Below, piece by piece: positions 35,306 to 49,561 of a DNA stretch of 64,000 nucleotides. The notes under the pieces were generated by a model, which did no database searches, was not told where the DNA came from, and worked only from the letters and a program-made list of their open reading frames with translations. How positions within the stretch are numbered: the first letter of the stretch is position 1; the number at the start of each line of letters is the position of its first letter. A program made the translations under genes and the position numbers. This stretch comes from Sarea resinae (lineage: Eukaryota): positions 62,001 through 126,000 of the forward strand of contig JAPEUD010000030.1 in assembly GCA_026026165.1 (NCBI GenBank), written 5' to 3'.

Positions 35306-36077
35306 AGGGGTAAAAGGAAAATGAGGGCCTGGGTCTTTAATCTTGGATTGGCGATGGGATGTTTGGGGTTCATGTGTGGCTGTCTCTGTTTTTCTTGTTT
35401 CTCCTCTCCGCTGATGTACGATTGATTGCGATTTTGTGCTTGGATCTTGGCTTTGGCTTTTGTCTTTGGCTTTAAGTTTTGGCTCCAGCCCTTGTCCTTG
35501 GCTTTTAAGTTTTGGCTTCAGCTCCTGTCCTTGGCTTTGGCTTCTGGCTCTGACTCCTTCGCTTTCTTCAACCTATCGGCGGCGACGGTGATGGTGATGG
35601 TGATGGTGATGGTTATAGCGGTCGATGGGCGGGCGGGTGAATCAATCGATCGATCGATTGATCGAATTGATTGATTGACTGACTGACTGATGATGATGAT
35701 GATGTCTAGCCAGCCTCGGCTCGACTCGGCTCGGCTTACCTAGATGACGGTGGCGTTCTCTCCTGTCGTTTTTCTTTTTCTTTTTCTCCCTTTTTGGGGG
35801 GGAGTAGCGATTGATCCTTGGGACCATAGAGCTCCGACTCCGACTCCGACACCGACTCCGACTCCCAGCCTAGCCTAGCCTAATCCAGCCAAAGTGTTTT
35901 GACCTTGACGTTGACATTTTGCTTGTGGTGTTTTTGGTCTAGTGAGTGCTGTTCAGTGCGGTGTAGTGCGGTGTAGTGCGGTGCAGTGCGTGTAGTGCGT
36001 GGAAGCTAAAAGGGGCAGGTAGGATGGACGGACACAGCAAGACTGTGAGATCGACGGACGACGGATTAAGAGACAGG

Positions 36078-36082
<5 letters not shown>

Positions 36083-36149
<67 letters not shown>

Positions 36150-36170
36150 TGAGAGAGAGAGAGAGAGAGA
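36083..36170. repeat. (AG)n microsatellite within a repeat-rich convergent intergenic region
   Basis: Directly visible. Nearby short arrays (GATT)n, (CTCCGA)n, (GTGTAGTGCG)n and (TCTCT)n lie in 35580-36280. Confidence 0.95.
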
Positions 36171-36965
36171 GCCCACACCACCCCTGGATCCACGCCCACG
36201 CCCACGCCTGAGTCGTTGCGCTGATTTGCACCACAACACTTTGGCTTTGCATCATCTCTTCTCTTCTCTTCTCTTCTCTTCAACACGAAAACACTTGCTC
36301 ACGTTGGATTGATTGATTTTCCATTGGTTCGTTCATCGTTCATGATTGGAGCCATTTATCCACTTAATCAATCACTCACTCACCCCACTCATTCTTCTAT
36401 GGGCTCCATTCATTCTTTTATGATCTTCATTCTTTCATGAGCTTCATTTAGAGGGCATCGAGAGCAAGAGGGAGATAGCGAGCCTCTTTGGTATCGGTGT
36501 CATTGTCATTGTCATCGCCAGTGTCAGTGTCGGTATCAGTGTCGGTGCGGGATATAAAATGCAAGCTATGCGATATAAGATATACGATGCAACACATGCA
36601 CATGCCTTTTAAATTCTTGCTTCTAATCTAGCTAGCTAGAATCCACCTCATCAAGTGGCTGGCTGGCCGCTGCCGCCCCGGGGATATAATCATCATCATC
36701 CATCATCCTTTTCCATCATCCTTGTATCCATCCATCGGTCGGTCGAAGAACCAAACAAACGAACGAACAAACGATATGCTCATGCAAATTATTTTTTTGG
36801 TAGCGTGGTCGTGATATCATTTCATCTTCAACGTCAGTCATCCAGTCCGATCCGATCCAATTCAAGCCATGCGTCCAGATCCAGATCCACATCTACATGT
36901 AAATCATCCAATCTCTCCCCATCCTCTCCATCCCGTCCCGTCCCGTCCGGCTCGGTCAAACCACT

Positions 36966-39900
36966 CTACCCCCTGACGGCGGCCATGAGAGCCTCGTTGC
37001 CCTCGACCAGAGCCGGCTGCTTGGAGTGAACATACTTGACCAACTCGATTAGCTGGGCGCGGACCTCGTCGCTGAGCTGCTCTTCCGGAGGTGAAAGCAC
37101 CTGCGCGAAAACTCCGAGGAGCTGCTGCGTGAGGGATTGGATCGTTGCGTCGTTCTGCTGGTCTGTTGCCGCGAAACGGAGATTAGCCCTATGCTGACGG
37201 ATGATTCCGGGGATAAAAAACTTACACAGCTGTACGATCATGGTGTAGATCGGCTCATTCTCGTCGTAGTCCTCCTTCAGCGGCAACAAGCTGACAAGCG
37301 CGGGCAGAACCTCCGAAATTGGCACATGGTCCTTGTGTCTCATGATCATCCTGCTCACACAGCCGGCCGAGTTGTCAAGAAGACGCGCCTCTTGGGTATG
37401 AAGCAGAGGCTCCAGCTTAGCGAAGATGGTGTTGTAGTTCTTGACAATCTCCTGATCGTCCTTGGACTTCTCGGCGAGAAGACCCACGGCGAAAGCGGCA
37501 TTGGATTTCGTCTCGGGATCTTCGTCCGAGAGACGGTGCAGAAGAAGCTTGAGAAGGCTGCTGGTGTAAGGAGTCACGGCGTCGCCCATATTAGCAATAC
37601 ACTCGGCGATGGCACCGACAGCAGTACTTCGCTCGAGAGGCTCGGTGCTCCCAGCGTACTTCTTGAGCGGTGTTTCAAAGATCTTCCAGAGCTCGCCAAA
37701 GGCTGGTCCAAGTGCCGCTGCAAGTCCGGCCACCACGTCGAGCGCGGTATCGATGACGAGCCAGTCATATTCTGATGACTCTTGGAGCAGGTCTAGATCC
37801 TCTTCGTCCGCGAGATCTTGTTGGCAAGGATGTTGCTTGCCTAGTGTTGCGAGGACGTTGGTGGTGACTTGTTCGACGACATGAGGGTCGTTGAGGATGG
37901 CAGGGCCGCAGAGCTTGAGAGTCGCTGCGATGTTGCGATTGATATCGGTCACAGTGCCCCTGCAGTAGATTTGCTTAGTACATGTTCCTCCCAAAATTTC
38001 TGCAGGTTTGAAAGAACAAGATGGGCAACAAAGTTCAGAAACAGATTCGTGTTCGCATCAATCGCAACTTGTGCGTCTGAGTGAGCTGGGATTAACGAAG
38101 TAAAGTCATCATGACAGAGGAGTACGCCCAGAGCAAGAATGGTAAAGCTGAGTATCAAAATAAACATACCTGTCAACCTCGTCCTGCCACGTCGCTAGCG
38201 TGGCGGTCATTGCCAAACCTCCAAGCTTGGTCAGATCCTCAGTCGGCTGGACCTGAAGCGGGAGGCCAGGCTTCCATTTCTCCATGTGACCATCTTCTCG
38301 GAGTCCCCAGAGACAAGCATACGCGCGCCATATCGTTCCAATGGCAGCCTTTCTCACACCCTCGTAAGAGTGCTCCACCAGAGGCATAACAGCCTCCACG
38401 GTCTTCTCCAGATATGGAAGGAATTTGCCCCTCGTGTGTGAGAGCACATCTCCGATAACCTCGACGGCAATTTCCTTTTCCAGTGCAACAGCAGTGACAC
38501 CAGTCAGCTCGTCCCAAGCATCATCATCGTCGTCATCCTCGTTCGCATCAACAACGTCGTCATCATCAGCACCGGGCTGTCCGGCTCTGGTCAGGGTAGC
38601 ACGTCCATCGCCACCTTCAGCTGCAGAGACCTTGACCTTCTTGCCCGCCACGGTGATCTCAGTGCCCACGAGGTCTTGAGCCTCTTCGCCCAACTCGACC
38701 TCTAGGTCGTTCTCCTCTTGTTCTAGACTCTCAAACAGACCCTTGACAACACCGTCAAGGAATGGCGTGAACTCCTCTTCGTACACTTTGGCCATGGTGC
38801 TCCATAAGATGTAGCTCGTCTCACGCAGACGTGGGTTGCCTAGGTGCAGGGCTTCCTCGCTGGCTTCCATAAGAGGACGCACATACGGTTCGAAAGGCCC
38901 CGCTCCCACTGCCGAAGCCATGCTTCCCATGGCGTCGCAAACGGTCCCTCTCAATTCAAGTTCATCTTCGCTGTCCTTGATCGTAACATATCCTGCGAGC
39001 GCATTCATGGTCTGTTCAAAGTACGGCATAAAAGCCTCCTCGGCAGAAGCGGCAACGGAGCCCAGGGCACCAGCCGCTGCACCTTTGATCTTCAAATCGG
39101 GATGACCGAGCAACTGACTCAATCTGGGTACCAATTCGGGGATGTACTTGGCGACATCTTCCTTCTCAATTCCCTCGATGACCGAGTCAATTGCATTACA
39201 GCTGCCTCGGATGATGTCTAGATTTTCGTCTTTATCGCCGCCGTTGAGTTCTCGAATGGCCGTGTCAAGATTCTTCAGTAAAGCCGGGACGAGCTTGGCG
39301 TGCTCCTTGCCCATATCCTCGGCGATATCATCAGCCAGTCTTGCGACTCCGTGAAGAGCGGCATGTCTGACTTTCACTTCGGGATCCTCGAGAAGTCGGA
39401 GAACCATGGGCAGAATCTCCTGTAGCTGGGTGGCAATGAAGTCCGGCGCGCCCTCGACGCACATGCCTAGCGATAGAATGCCCGCACGTCGGAAGTCTGG
39501 GTCCGGATTGTTGACGTATGGTCCCAATGCTTTCAGCATGGGAACGATGACCTGGCTCGGAGGTAGACTCGACGACAAGAGATCCAACAAGCCCAGTGCC
39601 GACCTCGCAGGAGTCACTTCGTCGTCCTCGTTTACCAAGTCGCCCAGCTCAGGCACGATCGATAGCGCTTTCAACGTAAGCTGCTCGCCAATCTTCAGAC
39701 CCTGAACCTTCAGCTTGCGGTACTTGACGCATTGCATGAGGAACGACAAGGCCTGGCTTCTCGACTCATCGGCGAGGTCTTTTTGAACTGCCAGATCAAT
39801 CATGAACTGAACGAGATCTCCAAAGTGATTTGCAAGGAGAGACGAATCGCAGCCCAGAAGCGTTTGGAAGACTTCAAATGCTTGCATCGTTCGGTCCTCG

Positions 39901-40631
39901 TCACCTGCATCGACCGCTTCCTTGAGCACGGCGACCATGCTGGGAAGGATTTCGCGGAATCTCTCCAGAGACTGCGGGTCCTCATCGGTCTCTACGATCA
40001 TGGCGATCTTGCTCAAGGCCAGCATGGTATCGGTGCGAACTTGTGGGCTCTCGGGATCTTGAATGGTCTTGCTGAAAAGGGCAAAAAGCCGAGGCAGCTT
40101 GTCCATGAACCCATCGCCCACGGCCTCGAGGAGCGTGAACAGGATATAGACGCCGACTTCTCTCTCCCGTGCATGCTGGCTGGTTGCCGCCCGCTCCAGA
40201 AAGTCTGGAAGATCAGCCCACTCGCCATCGTCGAGGTCGACCTTGGCAATGGCCGAGACCACGCGTGCCAGTGAATGGCGGACAAGGGACGACTCTTCGT
40301 TCAAGGTCGACTGTAAGAGCTGAGTTCGGATGTGAGGTTTTTGCTCGGCTGGCAAGGCGGCCCAGTGTTTGGGGACCAGCGAGCGTGCCTCGACAGCGGC
40401 CAGTTGGCGCAGCTGTTGCGACTGGTGAGAAGTAAGAATCTGCAGGAGAAGGGCGAGGGCGGCGGGCGAAGTGTAATAATTCTTCTTCAGCTCGTTCGTG
40501 GCCGACTTGACACGTTCCGTGTCGGCTGCATCACCGTTTGTCAGATGAGGCCGGTCCCATCCAACGCACGCAGGGTCTCACTTACGTGCAAGCACACTCT
40601 CGAGGAGCTGCACGAACCGTTGTTGATCCAT
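36966..40631 (-). CDS. KAP123: Importin beta-4 / karyopherin Kap123
   Basis: MDQQRFVQLLESVLA|PDTERVKSAT...LRQLAAVEAR; HEAT repeats; VALEKEIA; LPLKEDYDEN. Introns 40585-40526, 38169-37960, 37225-37163. Confidence 0.93.
38032..38116 (-). ncRNA. Intronic box C/D snoRNA, snR71-like
   Basis: Box C ATGATGA (38112-38106), guide CCCAGCTCAC-T, D' CAGA, C'-like TGATG, box D CTGA (38038-38035), all inside the 210-nt KAP123 intron. The guide is complementary to conserved LSU rRNA GUGAGCUGGG. Confidence 0.88.
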
Positions 40632-42158
40632 GTTGGTCGTGTCCAGCAGGACGACCGAGGGCTCGACCCAGAAGGGATGAAAGAGGTTCGGGCGAGGATG
40701 GGCAGAAGAGGGATGAAAAGGAAAAAAGGAAAAAAGGAATGGGGAGGGCAGAGCTGGTGGGATGTGGTGGGATCAAGTACGAAGCAGAAGAAGATGAGGT
40801 GTGTTGCTAGCAGCGCGTCGACTGGCTGCAGCAGGAATAATTTCCTTAGCTAGTGGGGTGGCCTCTCGAAATTTCTGCTACGCGGGTCGAACTACGAGCT
40901 ACGAACGACGAAGACGACTATTCACACATCCTGCGGGACTCAAGGTACACACCGCTCGGCTAGGGGGCCCCTAAGGCGTGTGTGCATGATGCGACTTTCT
41001 TTCATGCGGCGGTCTTTCTGGCTCAATCACTGCACGACGGATCCACGCAGGCAGCCATCCATCGGGGATGCTTCTCATTCAATTGTCTGGCTGTGTTTCC
41101 CTCACCCTACAGGCACGGACCTGACTCAGCAAAGCACGAGTTCTGAGGTCTGGAACCAGCAGGAGACGAGAGAGATGTTGCGGGAATCGTGGCATCTGTA
41201 TCCACCTGCCCAAGCCAAGGCAGCATCATCGAAGACGACCGGGACTCTCCACTCGCACGGGATGCTACTGATATGGCGGATCCTGAATGTGCCCTTCGCG
41301 CTCTCTCTCATGTTCTCTTCGTTCCATTGACCCTGAAGAGTCTTCTGTATCGGTATTGATGGCTGAGGCCAGGCCCGGCCCGGCAAGGCCAAAACGCATT
41401 GAATCGCATCCGGTACCTGACTTCACTTCCCAAGGCGGTCGCTTGCTGTCGCTTCGGGGCCTGGCTCTCCTAACTGAGGTGCACCATGATTGCTCCCTCC
41501 TCCTTCCTCCTCGCGTGAGGCTTCCGGCGCAGGTAGCAGTACTCGCTCGTCAAGTCCCCTCGTAGGCATCTCGCCGCCATCTCGTAGCCATCCCTCGGCG
41601 TTTCGTAGGTAGGCAGCGACCGCCACAGATGCATCATGTACTTCAGTACCGCCGCGACGCAGGTATCCGATACTTGCTCGCCGGCCAATCGTGGCCGCCT
41701 TCTGTTTGCGAGACCGCCCTCGTACCAGAGTCACCTCTGATATTAATTCCATCCTCACACCTCCCCAGACCACACGCCCAGAACGTACTGCACTGCGTAC
41801 CTTACACTTCACGCAAACTCTCACTTGCCCTCCGACCACCAGAAACAGACACCCACCTCCCTCCCCTGCCACCCATCATCTTCACCTTCACCATCACTTG
41901 TTCCTGTCACTCTTCATCTTCTCTCCACTTCTCGGGCATCTCTCGTCGTCGGTGTTCGTCAGATCCTTTCCGATCTCGACATCGAATCCTCTGAATCCAC
42001 GGCCAGGAGCTTCCAGCTTGCGCAAATCCTCAGATCACGTCGCTGCATCTACTTTTCCTTGACCTGGATATCTCCGTGCGCGTTTGTCGTGCATCCCTCC
42101 TGTTTCATCACACTTCCACCACCGCGCCGGAGAAAAAGGTCTCAAGATTCTATTTCCC

Positions 42159-44598
42159 ATGGCTTCTGTGAGTGTTCCATTCTTTCGCCGCTTGGACATG
42201 TCACCTATCTAGCTTCAAATGCAACATGTGCCTGGGAGTAGACGCTAATCCACCATGATCAAACAGGCTCCCAACCAGCCGCGCTCCCACTCCTTCAACA
42301 ACCAAGGGTTCTTGTCGAACGGGCCTTCTGGATCTCAAGCTGGTGGACCTGCTGCGGGCGTTGCATCAACTCTACTGCCGAACAATGGCAGAATCGTGCA
42401 AGCTGGAGGCGTGAGAGTGCTGTGCATTGCGGACGTGCGAGGTACGAAGACATAAACCACGGGCCAACGATGCCATTTGACTCACAGTCTCTGATAGGAA
42501 ACTTGCGATCTCTCAATGAATTGGCGAAGCAGGCTCGAGCTGACCATATCATCCATACGGGGGACTTTGGTTTCTACGATGAGAGTTCACTCGAGCGCAT
42601 TGCGGACAAGTGAGCATTCTCGCCACCTCCCAGTCGGGATGGCCTCTGTTCTCCACAAACGCTTTACTGACCTCAATTCAAATCATCAGGACGCTAAAGC
42701 ATGTTGCACAATACTCACCTCTGCTTTCGGAGCAAACCAAACGCCAAATCGCTCAGGCGCCTCCTCAAGGACCTCCCGTGAAGCAGCGGTTCTCTCCCGA
42801 TCAGCTTCCACTATCGGAGTTGTCACTTTTCCTCAACAAGACCTACACTCTCGACGTTCCGGTGTATACGGTCTGGGGTGCATGTGAAGACGTTCGTGTC
42901 CTCGAGAAGTTCAGGTCGGGAGAGTACAAAGTCGACAAACTGCACATCATCGATGAAGCAAATTCGAGACTACTGGATGTTGGAGGCGTAAAGCTCCGTC
43001 TTCTCGGTCTAGGCGGTGCGGTTGTCATGCATAAGCTCTTCGACAACGGTGAAGGAAAAACAACGATCGCTGGTGGGCAGGGTACGATGTGGACGACATT
43101 GTTGCAAATGGGCGAGCTCGTTGATACCGCAAATCGTGTCTACGATCCAACGGAAACCCGTATCTTCGTCACGCATGCCTCGCCCGCCCGAGAAGGTCTT
43201 CTGAATCAGCTGTCCGTAATCCTGAAGGCTGATTTCTCAATATCCGCGGGTCTGCATTTCCGATACGGCAGCTCTTACAACGAGTTCAGTGTAAACCCTA
43301 CCCTCGATCACTACCGCGGAAAGCTCGCTGCCTCCAAAGCTTCTTTCAACGACGTCTGGGAGACCGTCAAGAGCGAAGTTGAGCCGGCTGTTCAGCAGAA
43401 CGATGCTCAACAAACGCTACTCAATAATGCCCTCGACATCGTGCAGAAGATGCCGTCGGGAGCGAATGGCGGCAATCCCTTCGGCGGCCCTGTCAGCGGT
43501 CCGAACGCGGGTGGCCAGGTGGATGAAAGCGCATTCAAAAACATGTGGAACTTCAATCTCGCTGATGCTGCGTTTGGCTGGCTGGTTTTGGAAGTCGACG
43601 GTGGCAGAATCGGCACTGAGATGAGGGCACAAGGCTTCAACTTTGCTCACCGTGGCGGCAAACACGCTGCTTCCCAAGCTGCCCAAGCACCAGTAGGATC
43701 TGCTACTCAACCAGGGGCGAACATTCCTCCTGCGGCTTCTCCAGTTACGTCGACGCAGGCTCGGTCTCCTGCTGTCCCATCGGCGCCACCTAGTCAGCCA
43801 TTCAATCAACAGCAGAGAGGCCAGGGACCCCCCGGCCAAGCAGCAAACCAGCAAACGCAACAGACTTCCAAGGCTCCAGCAGGTGCACAGCGAGCCGCAG
43901 CTTCCCCCGCTCCTGCCGTTCCGTCCCAGACGGTCAAGCCCGTCACCCCGCAGCCTTCCGCCACGAACGTTGCTCTTCCTCCGACCGGAGGCCATGCTCC
44001 TGCTCCACTTCCGTCCGGGGATGTTCGAAATGGTACAAGTGCCTCGGAAAAACCGACCCAGTCACCAGTGCAAAAGCCAATCTCTCCCGTCGAAAAGAAG
44101 CCTAGTACTGGCATCTACATCATGAACGTTGCCACGGAGGAGGCCGTACGCGACCTTTTCCCGGAGGAAGATAAGGCGAAGATTCAGCGGATCGACAAGA
44201 TGGGTAAGAATTTCGCCGTCCACTTTGCTGGCCATGAGGAGATGTTGGCTGCCCTGGATCGACAACCGGCCGAGCACAAGAAGAGAACGCCCATGGGACA
44301 GCCAATGGACAAACCGCATATGAAGCCATATGAGGAGCGCCAGCCACGCGACGGTGCCGGTCGCTGGCAAGCCAGCAACCGCGGTGGTGCTGGTGGTCAG
44401 CAAACCGGATACCGGAGTGGCGGTGCGAGCGACAGTGAAGGTGGCCGAGGCGGACGTGGAGGCTTCGGTCGCGGCCGAGGTCGAGGTTCAGATAGGGGCA
44501 GAGGACGGGGAGGCCGAGGAAGCTTTAACAAGGGACCTCAAGGAGACGGTGCTTCCCCCGCACCCGCGCCAGCCGCGCCCTCTGGTGGCGACTCGTGA
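42159..44598 (+). CDS. Calcineurin-like metallophosphoesterase-fold (DUF2433-type) protein with C-terminal RRM-like and RGG regions
   Basis: 9-nt first exon (ATGGCTTCT|GTGAGT); VLCIADVRG, IIHTGDFGFYD, VWGACED, VTHASP, SAGLHF; P/Q/A-rich linker; GIYIMNV...FAVHF; RGG/RG tail. Three short introns at the 5' end. Confidence 0.82.
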
Positions 44599-45519
44599 AC
44601 GAAGAGCTACATGAGGGGATGCTATCGGAACCATCTTTCCATAATCGTGCTGCCACTTTCACGTGCGCATATTTCAGCTTCTCGATTTTGTCTTATCTGA
44701 AAGACGCTCTACCTATCATTTGTGAAGCGTGCGAGGACTTTGCTCTTCGCCTGTCTGCACTGCGACGATAGAGTCGCTCGGCATTTTCTCCTTGTGTCTG
44801 TATGGAGCGAAACCAGGCGATTCGCCTGCGTGCAATCTTCTCTTTGTCGATGTTTGCAGCTTCCTTTCGCTTCTCGCAGCGTCTGCTCTGAAGGATGGAG
44901 ACGGGGCGAGTAGGCTCTGCTCTTGCTTTCGAGCACACATGTATTCTAGTATTCTAGTAGTATCGAAAGGGGAAAAGAAATGCTTTGCACTTGGTGTCGC
45001 CTGGAAGAGGACGCTCCATATTCGTATGTACATAGTAGTCTCGGCCTCGTCCCCGGACACGTCCAGAATGAGGATGAGTCAGCCAGTGGCGGCAGCTGTC
45101 GCCTGGCAGCTTGACGCTTCAGGTACCGGGTGGACTCGTCTCGCTCGTCCTGCTGATGACGCCGAACGATGCAGGTCACCCGCCTCGCCGCCTCAGGCTT
45201 CCAACAGGCATTCCTCTCGTCATCGAAAGCGCAACCACCCAAGGATACCTGCCTTTCTACTTCTACAAGATCTGTACTTCCGTTTGACTCCATCTATCTT
45301 CCATCAAGAGACGTTGGAGAATGCTCAACATCTTGCCCGGCTCATGAATCCAGCGCTTAACCCTTCCTTCGTCGATGACGTTGCACATATAGGATTGCGC
45401 ACGCTCTTCTCTTCGTAGCCTTCGCGCATGACCAGCGTTTAGGTCCCTTCAAGCGCAAAATCCTGGTCTTTGTTATCTCTCAACTACACTTCGACAGGGT
45501 CTCAACTCTGACAAGAAAG

Positions 45520-48500
45520 ATGTCGCCGTCTCGGAGGGCTCCAAGCTGGATTTCTCTGTTACTGGTGGCGCTTTTTGCCATCTCGGGGCTTGCAAGCGAC
45601 GATATTCCGACAGCGATACATGAGAAAGGACGATGTGCTATCAGAGGTCATTGTGGGAAGAAATCGTTCTTTGGCTCGCAGTTGCCATGCCCCGACAATG
45701 GATTGGCTGAAATCCCAGCTGAGGATACGAGGCAGAAGCTGGTGGATATATGCGGTGATAGATGGTCTGAAGGGCCTGTGTGCTGCGTCGATGAGCAGGT
45801 ACGATTTGTTGTGGCGAGCGTTTGTATCTCATTGAAAGCTAACTCCAACGACAGCTCGAAGCTCTAAGCTCCAATCTGAAGCGCGCTCAGTCTATCATCT
45901 CCTCGTGCCCGGCATGCAAAGAGAACTTCTACAATCTCTTCTGCGAATTTACATGCTCGCCTGACCAGTCCCTTTTCATCAACGTTACCGAGACGCAAGT
46001 GGCTTCGAGTAAGAAGGTGATCGTTACGGAGCTGGACAATCTGGCATCGGACGAGTATGGTTCTGGCTTCTATGACAGCTGCAAGGATGTCAAATTCTCC
46101 GGTACCAACGGCTACGCCATGGACCTCATCGGTGGAGGGGCGAAGAATTATACATCTTTCTTGAAGTTTTTGGGGGACCAGAAACCATTTGGAAGTCCAT
46201 TCCAGATGAACTTTCCGAGACCAGCCGGCCGGGAAAACGATGGCATGAAGGCTCTGGGTGATAAACCAAAGCGATGCAACGATACGGATGAAAGATATCG
46301 CTGTGCTTGCGTCGACTGTCCTGCAGTGTGTCCAGAGCTTCCGGAGGTTACAGAGACGAAAAAGTGCCACGTTGGTCTCCTGCCTTGCTTATCTTTCGCG
46401 GTCATTCTCATCTACTCCATATTCCTACTCCTCTTGGTTGCAGCTGTATCTGGCCACCTGGTGTGGCAGAGGCACACCAAGCGCAAAAGTGAAAGGGTGC
46501 GGCTCTTGCAGGATGCGGCTCCTAGTGATGACGAAGACGAGGGTGATGTGGTGTCAAATGCTGGCATGCTAGATCGGCCTCAAAGGCGCTATCACCTCAA
46601 CACTCTATTCGACAGCGCATTTAACAAGCTCGGCATCATTTGCGCAAGATTTCCTGCTATTACGATTAGCATCAGCGTCATCATCGTCGGATTGTTGAGC
46701 CTGGGATGGATCAGGTTTTCTGTCGAGACAGACCCAGTTCGTTTGTGGGTGAGCCCCACGTCTGCTGCTGCAGAAGAAAAGACCTTCTTCGACGACAATT
46801 TTGGACCCTTCTACCGGGCACAGCAGGCGTTTCTTGTCAATGACACTTCCCCTCATGGACCAGGGCCAGTGTTAAGCTACGATACTCTACGCTGGTGGTT
46901 TGATGTTGAGAGCCGAGTGCAGCGATTAAAATCGCTGGAAGGCGGTGTCACAATCGACGACGTCTGTTTGAAGCCAACCGGGCAAGCCTGTGTGGTCCAG
47001 TCCTTGACGGGATATTTTGGAACGATTGCCAGTGTTGACCCTGACACCTGGCAAGATGATCTGAAAGCATGTACAGATTCTCCAGTGAACTGTCTTCCGG
47101 AATTCCAGCAACCGCTACAAAAGGAGATGATCCTGGGTGGTTGGGAGGCGACAGGGAATGTTCTCGACTCGGAAGCCCTGATCGTGACGTGGGTACTCAA
47201 CAATCATGTCGAAGGGTCAGCAGAAGAGAAGCGCGCCATGGATTGGGAGCAAAGCCTCAAGAGCTTACTCACCGCTGTCCAGGGAGAAGCCAAAGACAGA
47301 GGCCTCAGGCTGTCTTTCTCGACAGAAATCAGTCTGGAAGAGGAGCTGAACAAGTCGACGAACACCGATGCCAAGATTGTAGTCATCAGCTACATTATCA
47401 TGTTCATGTATGCTTCGCTAGCTTTGGGGTCAACGACGCTCACCGTGAATTCAATACTCCACAATCCTGCGAATGCGCTAGTACAGTCCAAGTTTACCCT
47501 AGGAGTGGTCGGCATTGCCATCGTTCTGATGTCCGTGTCGGCTTCTGTGGGCTTGTTCTCTGCAGCGGGCATTAAAGTCACCTTGATCATCGCAGAAGTC
47601 ATTCCATTCTTGGTTCTAGCAGTCGGTGTCGACAATATCTTCTTGATTGTGCACGAGTTCGAGAGAGTCAATCTGAGCCACCCTGACGATACAATTGAAG
47701 TTCGAGTGGGCAAGGCACTCGGGAGGATGGGCCCAAGTATCCTTTTCTCCGCTAGCACAGAAACTGTCGCTTTCGCCCTCGGAGCCGTGGTCAGCATGCC
47801 GGCTGTTAGGAATTTTGCTATCTATGCTGCTGGTGCAGTTGTCATCAATGCCCTACTACAAGTGACGATGTTCATCTCCGTTCTTACGCTCAACCAAAAA
47901 CGCGTGGAGAGTAGTCGTGCCGACTGCTTCCCCTGCGTTAGAGTAAAGCGAGCGGATACCTTTGCAAGCGTTGCTGGAGGCCGAGCATATGGGACGGACG
48001 AAGAAGGAGGGCTACAAAGCTTCATTCGCAAAACCTACGCTCCAACCATTCTCCGGAAGAAGGTCAAGGTTGCAGTCGTGGTGGTTTTCTTGGCCGTTTT
48101 CACGGCCGCTCTGGCCTTGATGCCAGGAGTAAAGCTTGGACTGGATCAACGCATTGCGATACCTAGGGATTCTTATCTGATCCAGTATTTCAACGACCTT
48201 TACGCCTATTTCGATGCTGGTCCTCCCGTCTACTTTGTTTCTCGGGAGCTGAACGTCACGGAACGAAGTCATCAACAACAACTTTGTGGCCGATTTTCCA
48301 CCTGCAATTCCTTCTCTCTGGCAAATGTTCTTGAACAAGAAAGAAAGCGACCGGAGATTTCTTACATCTCGGAGCCTGCAGCGAGCTGGATTGACGACTA
48401 CTTCCAGTGGCTGAATCCCGAACTCGACCAATGCTGCAAGGATGGAAGCAAGGTCTGTTTCGAAGACAGGCAGCCGCCATGGAACATCACGCTTTATGGT

Positions 48501-49561
48501 ATGCCTGAAGGCGATGAGTTCATCAGCTACCTCGATAAGTGGATTCACGCTCCTACGGGTGAGGATTGCCCTGTGGCGGGGCAAGCAGCGTACGGCAACG
48601 CCCTCGTCATTGATTCCGAACGTCTCACCATCCCAGCCAGTCATTTCCGCTCTAGCCATCGCCCTCTCCGTAGCCAAGACGATTTCATCGCCGCCTACGC
48701 CTCCGCACGACGTATCGCAAACTCGATAAGCGAATACACCGGCACGTCCGTGTTTCCATACTCGAAATTCTACATCTTCTTCGACCAATACGCCACCATC
48801 GTCAAGTTAACGGCCACACTCCTCTGCTCGGCCCTCGCCCTCATTTTTGCCATCTCGTCGCTTCTTCTGGGGTCCGTCCTCACCGGTGCCGTCGTCACTG
48901 TCACCGTCGGCATGATCGTCACCGACGTCATTGGCGCCATGGCCCTCTTCAACGTCTCGTTGAACGCCGTGTCTCTTGTCAATCTCGTCATCTGCGTCGG
49001 ACTAGGCGTGGAATTCTGCGCCCACGTGGCGCGGGCGTTCCAATTCCCGTCAGCGAACGTCATGGAGCGCGCACGTAACAAGTTCCGCGGCCGGGACGCC
49101 CGTGCCTGGACCGCGCTTGTGAATGTAGGCGGGTCCGTGTTCAGTGGCATTACGCTGACGAAGCTGCTGGGTGTCTTTGTCTTGGCTTTTACACGCAGTA
49201 AGATCTTTGAGATATATTATTTCAGGATCTGGTTGGCCCTGGTCGTGTTCGCGGCCACTCACGCGCTGGTGTTTTTGCCTGTGGCGTTGAGTCTTGTCGG
49301 TGGCGAGGGTATGTCATCAACTCCTCTTTTCCATTCGCCTTTCGCATCTCCCTATCCTTTTCTTACCTCTATTTTATCTTTCTTCCTTTTTGCGATATTC
49401 ACCTGATCATCCCGCTAATACAAGCGTGTCGACAACCAGGTTATATCGATCCCGAATCCGCGGGCGGGCTAGAAGAGGATCTCGCCTCAAGGAGGTACCG
49501 AGCCCTTCTTCCCCACAACGACGACGACGACGATGAGGACTACGATTCCGATGAATTCTGA
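45520..49561 (+). CDS. NCR1: Niemann-Pick C1-like sterol transporter Ncr1
   Basis: Signal peptide; Cys-rich NTD (CPACKENFYNLFCEFTCSPDQSLF); ETDPVRLW; sterol-sensing domain (VIPFLVLAVGVDNIF, MPAV); GLGVEFCAH; GITLTK. Introns 45799-45854 and ~49309-49439. Confidence 0.96.
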
